A stretch of DNA of 64,000 bases from Octopus bimaculoides (Eukaryota): contig NC_068994.1 of NCBI RefSeq assembly GCF_001194135.2, forward strand, positions 19,135,904 to 19,199,903. Reading direction: 5' to 3'. The notes beneath the pieces are model-generated. The model worked only from the letters and a program-made list of their open reading frames with translations, was not told the DNA's origin and searched no databases. This document shows, piece after piece, positions 55,661-64,000 of the stretch (its first letter is position 1; the number at the start of each line of letters is the position of its first letter). Made by a program: the position numbers and the translations under genes.

Positions 55661-56637
55661 AACACAAACACACACACACAAACACACAAAGGGACTTTCT
55701 TTTAGTTTCCGTTTATCAAATCCACTCATAAGGTTTTGTTTAGCCAGGGGATATAATAGAAGGCACTTCCGCAAGGTGTCATAGAGTAGGACTGAACCCA
55801 ATACTGCATAGTTTGGAAACAAACATCTTAACCACACAGCTACACCTGAACCTATCACAGCTACAACACTGTCTCAGCGACATACAGAAATCCTATTCAT
55901 AATTGTTCCTAATATTATAGCAGAATGTTACAGTATTCTGAATCTTTCTCTAAGAGTCTCAGTGGAATAAAGCCATTACAACAGCATATAATAAAAACTA
56001 CATCTACACCATTTCCTATGTAGTTTTAGGAGGATTTGGAAATGAGAAATAAATTAAGCTTACAGAACACGAAATCATAATAATGGGCACAACTTCAACT
56101 ATAAAAATCGTAACAAATAAATCTGTATTATAACAGAATGGAATTTTCAGCATATAATAAGGACCAGCACTAGGGACTACGGAAAAGGTACTGCAAAAGT
56201 AGCAATATGGAACCTTATAAACTGATATTCTTCCAGTAGATATAACCACACACACACACATAGAATGTTTTATCTATGATAACTATTATAAGTTTGAAAT
56301 ATTTTTGGACAAAACAATTCTAAATAAAATATATATATGAAGGCAAAATAAACGTTACAAGATTATATTAATGTAAAACTAGATGCACATAAATCTCAGA
56401 AGTATTAGTACTATCAGATATATCCTACATGTAGTCAGAGGCAGTTTATACATTAGTGCACAATCAGTGAATATAAACTAACTGGAGGATTCACAAGAGG
56501 AGGAGGAGTAAAGGAAGCCATTTTCAATAAATTGAAGTTCTATCGGTCGTTGACCTTGTCAAACTTAGCAGTCTGATGAGGTCGACAAACAACGAAACTT
56601 TAAAGATGCTGCTAATTAAATAATGTACATATATGCA

Positions 56638-56677
<40 letters not shown>

Positions 56678-58576
56678 TGAAATATACAATGCTAATGTTA
56701 GACATAAGACACAATGGCTTTTCTTTAAAACAGAGGACATTCAACTTTAGAGTACATTGTTTATATATTCGTGAGTGTGTGCGTACACACAAATATATAA
56801 ACAATAATGGTGATGATGATGATGACACATGTTTGCCTTAATGAGTTCTGTCTGACCCATAACAGCATGAATAATGTATGTTAAAAAAAATGTGGATGAT
56901 ACATACACACACACACACATGTATATATATTCTTTTTATCATTTATTGTTTTACTTGTTTCAGTCATTTGACTGTGGCCATGCTGGAGCACTGCCTTGGG
57001 TTTTAGTTGGAAAAATCAACTCCAGGACTTATTTTTTAAGCCTATTACTCATTCTGTTGGTCTCTTTTACTGAACCGCTAAGTTAGGGAGACATAAACAC
57101 ACCAACACTGGTTGTCAAGCAGTGATGGGGAGGGGGGGGCCAAACAAAGCTACACCTACATAGATATACACAAATATATATATATATTTGTACTGATAGG
57201 ACCTGCTGATGGGACTGTACTGATAGGCTTCTATATTGTGTCTATGTATAAGTTTTTTAATTTTTTTAACCTGGATTTTATATTTTTATATTATTATATT
57301 TTTTTAATTATTTTTATGTTTTTTACATAATTATAGGGCTAATGTTTTTGTATTTTTCCACATATAGTTTTCTGTTTTCTTCCCTCCAAACTTTTTTCCT
57401 GTACGCTTATAGACACGTACAAGGAACTTTATAAGTGTGCACTTGTGAGTGTGTGCGTAGATGCGTGCATATGTAGATNNNNNNNNNNNNNNNNNNNNNN
57501 NNNNNNNNNNNNNNNNNNNNNNNNNNNNNNNNNNNNNNNNNNNNNNNNNNNNNNNNNNNNNNNNNNNNNNNNNNNNNNNNNNNNNNNNNNNNNNNNNNNN
57601 NNNNNNNNNNNNNNNNNNNNNNNNNNNNNNNNNNNNNNNNNNNNNNNNNNNNNNNNNNNNNNNNNNNNNNNNNNNNNNNNNNNNNNNNNNNNNNNNNNNN
57701 NNNNNNNNNNNNNNNNNNNNNNNNNNNNNNNNNNNNNNNNNNNNNNNNNNNNNNNNNNNNNNNNNNNNNNNNNNNNNNNNNNNNNNNNNNNNNNNNNNNN
57801 NNNNNNNNNNNNNNNNNNNNNNNNNNNNNNNNNNNNNNNNNNNNNNNNNNNNNNNNNNNNNNNNNNNNNNNNNNNNNNNNNNNNNNNNNNNNNNNNNNNN
57901 NNNNNNNNNNNNNNNNNNNNNNNNNNNNNNNNNNNNNNNNNNNNNNNNNNNNNNNNNNNNNNNNNNNTATATATATATATATATATATATATGAATACAC
58001 CTTAAAAATCCATATAATTTGCGCACCTGTGTAATTTATACAGGTGATTTTCAGGATAAAAATTGTTAAAAAATGCTTCTATTCGTGTAAAATTTGCACC
58101 TAAAAATTTTCAGAATTGCCAATATAGCCAAGGAAAAAAGGTTTTCAATTTAGTTGTATTTAGCATAATTTTACTTACTTATGATTAGATTTTATTAAAT
58201 TTTCATTAAATAAAAATAATTTCTGTTTAACAGGTATCACATTGAAAGCTATTAAATTACGAAGTGTTTGTGTTGTTTTTAATAAACTTTACTTTACATT
58301 TCTTGCCCACAAGAGATTATGTCCAATCTTAGCATACTTCTGTATGTCTTCTCAAATCACAATCACAAGAAAATCTAATAAATATGCACAAGTGTTGCAA
58401 AATAAGTTTAGTAACCAATAAACATCAGCTTGGATGATACTTTACGCTACCGTCAGAGAAAGGTGACTGATCAAACTGATTATATAAACAGAATTCAGAT
58501 TGGTTGAAAGTGTTTTCTTGTCTCAAGCTCTGATTTTCTGCCTATTTTCGGTAATATGTTATTTTCTCTCCCTCTC

Positions 58577-58613
<37 letters not shown>

Positions 58614-59696
58614 ATGAAAAAAACTTGCCCTGCAACACTAATATTCTTACAGTAAACTCTTATACTATTATGTGGAGACATTTGTTGTATGAAAACAATT
58701 TTGTATCATTATTTTCATGTGTGTGTGTGTGTGTGTGTACATGCATGTGTATATGTATGTGTGTGTGTGTACACACACACACACACATACATTCAAGGAT
58801 TCCACTACAGTTATCAATTGTGAAACATAACAGTTGGTTAATTCTACTACTATATATCCTGAAGACTGCAGAAAGCATGAAAGTACTTGCTTTATCACAA
58901 TATATATAATTGTAAAATAGTGAAAAATACAAAAATAAACCATAAAAATCAATGATGACATATTTAACTGTACACAATCATATGGACTCATAATTTACAT
59001 ATATGTATGAATGTATATATATATAGATCGTTGCCAGTGCCCCTGGACTGGTTCTTGTGCAGGTGGCACATGAGATGCACCATTTTGAGCGTGGCCGTTG
59101 CCAGTACCGCCTGACTGGCTCCCGTAGGATTTTCGAGCGAGATCGTTGCCAGTGCCCCTGGACTGGCTTGTGCGGGTGGCACATAAAAGACACCATTTCG
59201 AGCGTGGCCGTTTTCGTGCGGGTGACACGTAAAAGCACCCACTACACTCTCTGAGTGGTTGGCGTTAGGANNNNNNNNNNTTCGTGCGGGTGACACGTAA
59301 AAGCACCCACTACACTCTCTGAGTGGTTGGCGTTAGGAAGGGCATCCAGCTGTAGAAACTCTGCCAAATTAGATTGGAGCCTGGTGTTGCCATCCAGTTT
59401 CACCAGTCCTCAGTCAAATCGTCCAACCCATGCTAGCATGGAAAGCGGACGTTAAACGATGATGATGATGATGATGATGAAATACACACATACACACACA
59501 TCATCATATCATGCTTAACATCTATACTCCATTTGTCTTGTAACATGTCTATACACTATAAACAGAATAACAATAATAACAATAATAACAATAATAACAA
59601 CAATAAAAATTACCTGATACCATCACAAGTACTGACAGCAACACTGGAATAGGGGTCTCCTTCAATATGACCATTGTAGTAGCAATGTTGAGTATA
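13246..59696 (-). CDS. ADAM12: ADAM-family disintegrin and metalloproteinase (Meltrin/ADAM12-like), 17 exons in window, 5' partial
   Basis: Hand-spliced exons give one open frame of 1012 aa with GT-AG introns and matching phases. Motifs: HCYYNG prodomain, SHCG Cys-switch, KRVRR furin site, [12 protein letters not shown] zinc site, CIM Met-turn, GEECDCG, ECD disintegrin loop, EGF, TM. The symbol is a subfamily-level label; one-to-one orthology is not established. Confidence 0.96.
14625..15300 (+). mobile_element. Cluster of four head-to-tail family A SINEs
   Basis: Repeated heads and bodies separated by (ATT)n tails. Confidence 0.85.
15570..15699 (-). CDS. ADAM exon 16 (transmembrane)
   Basis: ctgtag|AA...GCA|gtatgt; (E)[42 protein letters not shown](H); phase 1 to 2. 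Confidence 0.94.
17863..17974 (-). CDS. ADAM exon 15 (EGF-like)
   Basis: ttctag|GTG...AAAG|gtaaac; [37 protein letters not shown]; phase 0 to 1. Confidence 0.96.
18933..19010 (-). CDS. ADAM exon 14 (Cys-rich/EGF junction)
   Basis: aattag|ATC...GGA|gtaagt; [26 protein letters not shown]. Confidence 0.95.
19320..20010 (-). mobile_element. RTE-clade LINE fragment (RT C-terminal region)
   Basis: Disrupted translation [12 protein letters not shown]...KLYNACV, homologous to the 21847-22092 ORF. Confidence 0.7.
21640..22580 (-). mobile_element. RTE-clade LINE fragment (RT)
   Basis: LLFIVVLQ...ELLHADDL (YADD-like) and [17 protein letters not shown]...[20 protein letters not shown]. Confidence 0.85.
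22634..22838 (-). CDS. ADAM exon 13 (Cys-rich)
   Basis: ttccag|T...AAA|gtaagt; DVRCGMLHC...[15 protein letters not shown]; phase 2 to 0. Confidence 0.96.
24222..24610 (+). mobile_element. tRNA-derived SINE family C, full length with TSD
   Basis: tRNA-like head, (CAA)n tail, 12-bp TSD gccctttggttt (24210-24221 and 24611-24622). Confidence 0.92.
25545..25905 (+). repeat. Unclassified dispersed repeat; second copy at ~38555-39155 is interrupted by an insertion
   Basis: Colinear blocks tattttccattacatttcaa and tactacagatttgcttgtcagttgcttgacc...tacccaaggacaaaaat occur in both copies. Confidence 0.8.
26392..26567 (-). CDS. ADAM exon 12 (Cys-rich)
   Basis: tttcag|TCA...GAA|gtaagt; [20 protein letters not shown]...TACAV(N); phase 0 to 2. 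Confidence 0.96.
26571..26745. repeat. Interrupted (AAT)n/(AAC)n microsatellite at the exon 12 acceptor
   Basis: Direct inspection. Confidence 0.95.
28640..29446 (-). mobile_element. Cluster of four head-to-tail family A SINEs
   Basis: Four successive ggtactta...gcaaagtcgacc...gaactcagaa units in the same orientation. Confidence 0.85.
30028..30412 (-). mobile_element. tRNA-derived SINE family C, full length with TSD
   Basis: About 90% identical (by eye) to 24222-24610; 11-bp TSD ctctatacata (30017-30027 and 30413-30423). Fragments near 25290-25400 and 54100-54320. Confidence 0.92.
30829..30960 (-). CDS. ADAM exon 11 (disintegrin loop)
   Basis: tttcag|CTG...CTG|gtaaga; [44 protein letters not shown]. 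Confidence 0.97.
32400..32495 (-). CDS. ADAM exon 10 (disintegrin)
   Basis: attcag|GTA...CAG|gtgagt; [32 protein letters not shown]. Confidence 0.96.
34103..34319. mobile_element. piggyBac-type MITE with TTAA target duplication
   Basis: TTAA-CCCTTTAG ... CTAAAGGG-TTAA. Related copies at 54747-54951, ~48242-48419 and ~7550-7745 (left end missing). Confidence 0.85.
35411..35579 (-). CDS. ADAM exon 9 (end of metalloprotease, start of disintegrin)
   Basis: taatag|T...GAG|gtatgt; [11 protein letters not shown]...[18 protein letters not shown]; phase 2 to 0. Confidence 0.96.
36091..36370 (+). mobile_element. Possible solo LTR
   Basis: CpG-rich block beginning TGTAG and ending TACA, with TATA-like tttaaaa and AATAAA followed by a GT-rich tract; no TSD found. 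Confidence 0.35.
36400..36960 (+). mobile_element. Degenerate CR1/L2-like RT fragment
   Basis: [21 protein letters not shown] resembles the [21 protein letters not shown] motif. Confidence 0.55.
37201..37340 (-). CDS. ADAM exon 8 (zinc-binding catalytic site and Met-turn)
   Basis: ttctag|GAC...TGG|gtaagt; [46 protein letters not shown](G); intact HExxHxxGxxH. Confidence 0.97.
38640..38913 (+). mobile_element. SINE-like insertion: tRNA-like head, (TAA)n, then hammerhead-like motif
   Basis: A-box TGGCATAGTGG, B-box AGTTCGATTCC (38728-38738), HHR-like 38821-38866; absent from the paralogous repeat at 25545-25905. Confidence 0.7.
39869..40400. other. Assembly gap (others at 5388-5425, 44597-44879, 57479-57967, 59271-59280)
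   Basis: Runs of N. No ADAM exon is missing across them, since phases join without extra exons. Confidence 0.99.
40756..40840 (-). CDS. ADAM exon 7 (metalloprotease)
   Basis: ttacag|A...AGT|gtaggt; [28 protein letters not shown]; phase 2 to 0. Confidence 0.94.
41243..41300 (-). ncRNA. Degenerate hammerhead-like motif
   Basis: CCGAAGA-gaccc(agaat)gggtc-GAAACGTGTC; U4 replaced by C; flanks pair (ttttattg/caataaaa). Confidence 0.45.
41924..41966 (+). ncRNA. Candidate minimal type I hammerhead ribozyme, intact core
   Basis: ctgtg-CTGATGA-a-ggg(aaatag)ccc-g-GAAA-t(cgga)a-TA-cacag; AUA cleavage triplet, site 41961/41962. Confidence 0.6.
42310..42657. mobile_element. hAT/Charlie-like MITE
   Basis: TIRs CAGTGGTTATCAAC and GGTTGAAAACCACT; related fragment from 18545 to ~18720; TSD not clean. 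Confidence 0.7.
43855..44033 (-). CDS. ADAM exon 6 (metalloprotease)
   Basis: ttttag|ATA...CTAGT|gtaagt; [17 protein letters not shown]...NDNAQLL(V); phase 0 to 2. Confidence 0.95.
44247..44960. repeat. (GAA/GGA)n purine microsatellite array spanning a gap
   Basis: Direct inspection. Confidence 0.95.
45199..45261 (-). CDS. ADAM exon 5 (metalloprotease)
   Basis: tttcag|CAC...ATG|gtaagt; [21 protein letters not shown]. Confidence 0.92.
47007..47090 (-). CDS. ADAM exon 4 (furin site, start of metalloprotease domain)
   Basis: gcacag|GTT...ACA|gtaagt; [28 protein letters not shown]. Confidence 0.95.
47870..48180 (-). mobile_element. RTE-clade LINE fragment
   Basis: [31 protein letters not shown]...[15 protein letters not shown]. 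Confidence 0.8.
48567..48634 (-). CDS. ADAM exon 3 (end of prodomain)
   Basis: ttgcag|GT...CGG|gtatgt; [22 protein letters not shown]; phase 1 to 0, fits both neighbours. Confidence 0.88.
51205..52878 (+). mobile_element. 5'-truncated R4/Dong-type non-LTR retrotransposon (RT, CCHC knuckle, REL endonuclease), pseudogenised
   Basis: [10 protein letters not shown] (YMDD variant), [15 protein letters not shown]...[26 protein letters not shown]; in-frame stops; degenerate (AAT)n tail. Confidence 0.85.
52900..53015 (-). CDS. ADAM exon 2 (prodomain, Cys-switch)
   Basis: ttgcag|C...TGTG|gtaaga; [38 protein letters not shown](G); phase 2 to 1. Confidence 0.93.
53043..53960 (-). mobile_element. Helitron 3' fragment (PIF1-like helicase C-terminus and terminal hairpin)
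   Basis: [43 protein letters not shown] motifs; terminal CCTGGGCAATGCCGGG hairpin then CTAC|T (CTAG variant) at ~53043. Confidence 0.88.
56565..56615 (+). ncRNA. Degenerate hammerhead-like motif
   Basis: ttagcagt-CTGATGA-stem II-GAAA-CTTTAAAG (palindrome)-AT-gctgctaa; U16.1 replaced by A. Confidence 0.5.
59025..59480 (+). mobile_element. Family D repeat (RTE-type LINE 3' tail, ends GGACGTTAAAC(GAT)n)
   Basis: Shared body and (GAT)n tail. Other copies near 11420-11520(-), 16270-16545(-), 21030-21200(-), 31430-31720(+), 33700-33900(+), 35200-35385(+), 40560-40672(+), 47660-47870(+), 55095-55260(-). Confidence 0.8.
59614..59696 (-). CDS. ADAM exon 1 in window (prodomain)
   Basis: ttttcag|TAT...ATCAG|gtaatt; [27 protein letters not shown](S); phase 0 to 2. 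Confidence 0.93.
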
Positions 59697-62600
59697 CTGA
59701 AAAGAATAATTCATCTAAGTGTAAGCAGAGAAGTCTTTCATGTTATATCCATTTTTATTTCTCTAAATGGAAAAGATTATAGATACGAGGCTTCGAGTTG
59801 AGTGGTTAGTTGTAAGAAGAACATCAGAAAAATTAGAAACATTTCATCATGCGATCCTGGAAACTAGATGTAGGTACTTTGAGAAGAAATATAAAACAGT
59901 GACCCACTAAGTCTTCTTTCATCTCTCTGGCCAATTAAGTCATATACAAGTTCACGTGGAGCTACAATCTGACGTTATTCTCTTTCCCTTCATATATATT
60001 TCATATATACAGTTTCCTACTGCAAGCTAAGTAGGGCAAGAGAGCTAAGCATCTTTGTTGGAGTATAGCACATCCTTAATCATAGGACAAAATATGAATC
60101 CACACCTCCTCATCATAAAGCCAACTTGACCGCTAATAACAGTTCCTCAGCAAAACAAAAATGCAACCAATAGTTCTGAAGGAATGGTTGAGATATTTGA
60201 TATCATGTATTGCTTATTATTTGATTATTTCTGTTCACTGCAAATATTCCCATGAAATGAATAAGAATACAATGGTTACAAATTGTAAAATATAGCAATT
60301 AACTTTCAAACAGGCAAGATTTCTATAGATAGACATTAATATAAGCAACAATAGAACACATTACAGTGAATGATGCTGAGAAACTAATCATTATGATTTA
60401 GATAAAAATAAACTGATTACAGCATAACAACCAATGACTGAAAGTATTACATAAAAGCAGTGACATTTTCTAATAATTTCAAAAAGACACACTGACTGAA
60501 ACTGTTCGGTTTTTAAAGAATTTTAAAATAAAGAAAGAGATGATAATGAAGTTATATTTTCAGCCTGCTTTATCTGTCATGAGGTGTTTCAAGAATGAAA
60601 TGCATAGGACCAACTGGATTGCATTTAATTTTAACATCTCATTCAAATGATATTTAACATACATAAATTCTCTGAGATATAATGCCATGCACTGGGTCAA
60701 ATGATTTATGCAACAAATAGCTTAATGTCTGATAGGTGACAATAATTATTACCAAGGAGATATAGTCAAAAGCTTTCAGTAATTAAATAGCAGCAGTTAT
60801 AACATGAAGAAGAAATAATTTTTCAAATCATTTCATTTCCACAGTACCTGTGAAAGAATTCAGCTTTCTCAAACTTTTTTTTTTATTAGCGAGACAGAAA
60901 TAGCAAAGATAGAAATCTCGTTCATAACAAAATGAGTGTAATGTTTTCATAACGTTTTTTGCTATCAATGTTCACACTTGGCAAATTGCAATAGTACAAA
61001 CAAAAAAAATTGCCATAGGGATTACTGGTACCAAAACAGGTATATGCTGTTAGAAAAACTGCTGGAGTGATAATTGGAGTCGGTGAAGTTAACACAGAGA
61101 TAACTAACTAGTTTCTAAGATCCAGCTTGAGAGAAATGTCACTTCTGTGATTCTACTACTCTTTATTCCACACAACTCCTTAGTGAAGATTAATGAGTTC
61201 AGTATTGTTTCTTTAGCTAGCTAACATCGACAATATTAAGGGAATGTATTTGTAGCTATTATGATAAGGTCTGGTAGATCAAAACTGGGGAGTGATATGT
61301 AAATTAGCTTTAATTTTATGATATATATTTTTGCGAAGAGTACATTTGCAAATATCATTAAAGCTTATGTTTTAGTGGATCGACTATCACTTTACCATTT
61401 AATAGAGATGATTTCCTGATGTGAATTGCTTAGCTGCTACCTATGTTTAGCACAAAATCTAAGTACTATTAATGAAATTATTGTTTTATTTGAGAGAAGT
61501 CAAAAAGAACTCAATTCTGTGTACTGAGTACAAGTAAAGTGTCTTGGATCTCTGGAGATTGGCAAGGAACCTGGATTTTGAAATTGCTATGTGTACATAA
61601 ATAGCTTGTGGCAATGGTGATTATGAACTAAAGTTCATACATTGCATGGTATGGTGGTTTTAATGGATAGTTTCTGCCACCCAGGAGATATAATTAATAC
61701 TGAAATTAGAAATAGTTAAAGTATATTAGTGCTAAAACTAAACAGAGCATAAGGTGAAGTTCATGGAGTATGTCACTTTCTTCACTGGAACCCTCCCCTC
61801 CCACAAACCCCTTACATACAAGGCATAATACTATATAGGAGTGAACTTTGGACACTAAAGTTTATGTTCTGCGGAAATTAAAGACAAAACAAGTTAAGTA
61901 TGATGCTCTGAATATGTTACATTAATTTGTAAGAAAGACAAAGTATCTGCAAAAGAGAAGCTGGCTGAAATAAAAAAAAATTAGCCATTAAGTGCAGGAG
62001 AGGAAATTGTATGAGCATGGATGATACTTATTGTAAGATATGTCAATATGACATCCTACATACCTATCCAATCAAAACCAAGATAGAAATTAGATATTAA
62101 CATTTGCCGCTAACAACAACAACTGTGATAATGATGACGATAAAGGTTAGAAGGTATAACATAATGCCTGTAATAAACTCATGGGCTATAAATTCCTGAG
62201 CATTTTATGTCAGAATTTTCAATTTTGGAAATATTATTCTGAATCCTATTTGACTATAAAAGGAACATTTTGCATTTTAAGCAAAAAATTGCCTTGAAGA
62301 CCAGTGAGTTTGCAAAGAGATTCCATCAGAGTTTTAAAGACAGATTGGAAAAGTAGATGAGAATATGAAGTTATAAGTGAAGTCTCAATCCAAAGTAAAA
62401 TATATATATGTGCATGCATGCATGCATGTGTATGTGTATGTGTGTGAACACACACGGCAACTAAATAACTAAATGGTAATGTAGTATAATAAACATAAAT
62501 GCAGAGACCCTGTGTAGCAAATTGAGTTTAACCTTAGATTATATGAACAATGTTAAAACAGTTGGGAAAAAAATATCAGAAATTATATCAAAATGTAGTG

Positions 62601-63229
62601 AAAATAACACAAATATGAAGTTAATGGTCTGATCAATCTTTGCCATTTGTCTCTGAAATATTAATCATATTCAATAACCAACTGTGTTTTGGGGCACCAA
62701 TGGACACTGTTATCTCCAAGTTGTGTGACACAGAGAAAACAATTTAGTAGAAGAATTGAACATAACTGAATTGGGACATATGAGAAGACAAAAAAAAAAT
62801 CCCAGCTAAAATTAAAATGGATCCATCTGGGAGTTTGCATCCATTCTGCAACACTTATCATTGAAATGGAATATGTATGATATTTCAACAATCAGAATGT
62901 TATATTTCATGTTTGTTTATAGCAGTGAGAATGGTGATGGTAAAATATAATAGAATATGGTGGAGACATCATTCCTTTATAGCATTCAGAACCAAAGAAC
63001 TCATGCACTATGCATAAAAAGTCATCTGTCATGCTATTTAGTCGTGATTGAAATTGAGACTTTAGTCTCTTAGGTCAAGTATTAGCTGACTGAGAAGCAG
63101 CTACAAACCCTCTGCTGTACACCACTTGAATTATTAAAGGATCAGAAAGTCATTAAACCTAAATGCTTATATTATCTACTTAAAATTATCATTATACATA
63201 TCATTATTATACATATTATTATTATTATT

Positions 63230-63662
63230 AGGGGAGCAAACTGGCAGAATCATTAGCCTGCTGGGCAAAATGCTTAGCGGCATTTCATCCATCCTTACAT
63301 TGAGTTCAAATTTCACCAAGGTTGACTTCGCCTTTCAAGGTTGATAAATTAAGTACTAGTGAAAACTGGGGTTAATCTAATCGACTAGTCCCCTCCCCCA
63401 AAATTTCAGGCCTTGTGCCTATAGTAGAAAGGATTATTATTATTATTATAATGAAGGTGGTGAGCTCACTGCATCATTAGCACGCTGAGCAAAATGTTTC
63501 GCGGTGTCTTGTCTGCCTTTATTTTCTAAGCTCAAATTCTGCTGAGATAGACTTTACCTTGCATCTTTTAGGGGTTGATAAAACAAGTTCCAGTTGATCA
63601 CTGGGGTTAATGTAATTGACTTACGCTTCCTCTGAAATTGCTGGCCTTGAGCCAAAATTTGA
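63230..63662 (+). mobile_element. Two head-to-tail family A SINEs
   Basis: Two heads with (ATT)n on the 5' side and between copies. Confidence 0.85.
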
Positions 63663-63686
63663 AATAATAATAATAATAATAATAAT

Positions 63687-64000
63687 AGAATGACAGCGAA
63701 ACGGGCTGATTACTACCTAGCTCAGATACCAGGAAACCCCAAAATGGCTGAAGTTCAAAAGATAGTGCTCATGGGAACTGCCCATATCCTACATAAAATA
63801 CTGTCTATGTGATCTCAAATTTTAAAAGAAACACATAATTTTCTTATGGTTTCTTAAACATTCTCTAGAACAACACTATGTACAAATCCAAATATATGGT
63901 ACCCTAGGCATAACACCTAAATGAACTTCTAACTTGTTGTCTCTTGAGGTCTCTGGGTGAGACTTGGATCCAACTTGTACAAATGCAAAGCAAAAGTCAA
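63687..64000 (+). mobile_element. 3' end of a second R4/Dong-like element, following a (TAA)n tract
   Basis: 63690-63812 reads MTAKRADYYLAQIPGNPKMAEVQKIVLMGTAHILHKILSM*, homologous to the C-terminus of the 51-52 kb element. Confidence 0.7.

Noticed and set aside
39756-58026. Long ORFs at 39756-40439, 44205-45062 and 57331-58026
   Set aside because: They are open only because of N runs or triplet repeats.
59213-59338. Identical 58-bp direct repeat either side of a 10-N gap
   Set aside because: Most likely an unmerged contig overlap, not biology.
59697-64000. Candidate upstream ADAM exons (donor-like sites near 61811, 62063 and 60751; acceptor-like near 60848)
   Set aside because: Wrong phase, in-frame stops or no prodomain similarity. 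The 5' exons probably lie outside the window.

Overview
AT-rich, microsatellite- and SINE-dense animal genomic DNA. The repeat families resemble those of Octopus (inference). The window holds one protein-coding gene on the minus strand: an ADAM-family (Meltrin/ADAM12-like) membrane metalloprotease-disintegrin. I reconstructed 17 exons by hand (59696 down to 13246). All introns are GT-AG with consistent phases, giving 3039 nt, or 1012 aa plus stop. The signal peptide and N-terminal prodomain exons were not found and probably lie beyond 64000. Domain order: prodomain with Cys-switch, furin site KRVRR, catalytic [12 protein letters not shown] and Met-turn, disintegrin (ECD loop), Cys-rich, EGF, TM, and a ~390 aa proline-rich tail. 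Introns and the downstream flank hold at least four SINE/LINE-tail families, mariner, hAT and piggyBac-type MITEs, RTE, CR1-like and R4/Dong LINE remnants, and a Helitron 3' fragment. The most unusual signal is a set of sequence-unrelated minimal hammerhead-ribozyme (Penelope-type) motifs. One has an intact core inside a ~100-nt hairpin (41897-41994). Another is carried by a short tRNA-headed SINE-like insertion (38640-38913). Several inverted SINE pairs could form intronic dsRNA. There are five assembly gaps. TE boundaries are by eye and approximate. No true tRNA, rRNA or CRISPR features are supported.
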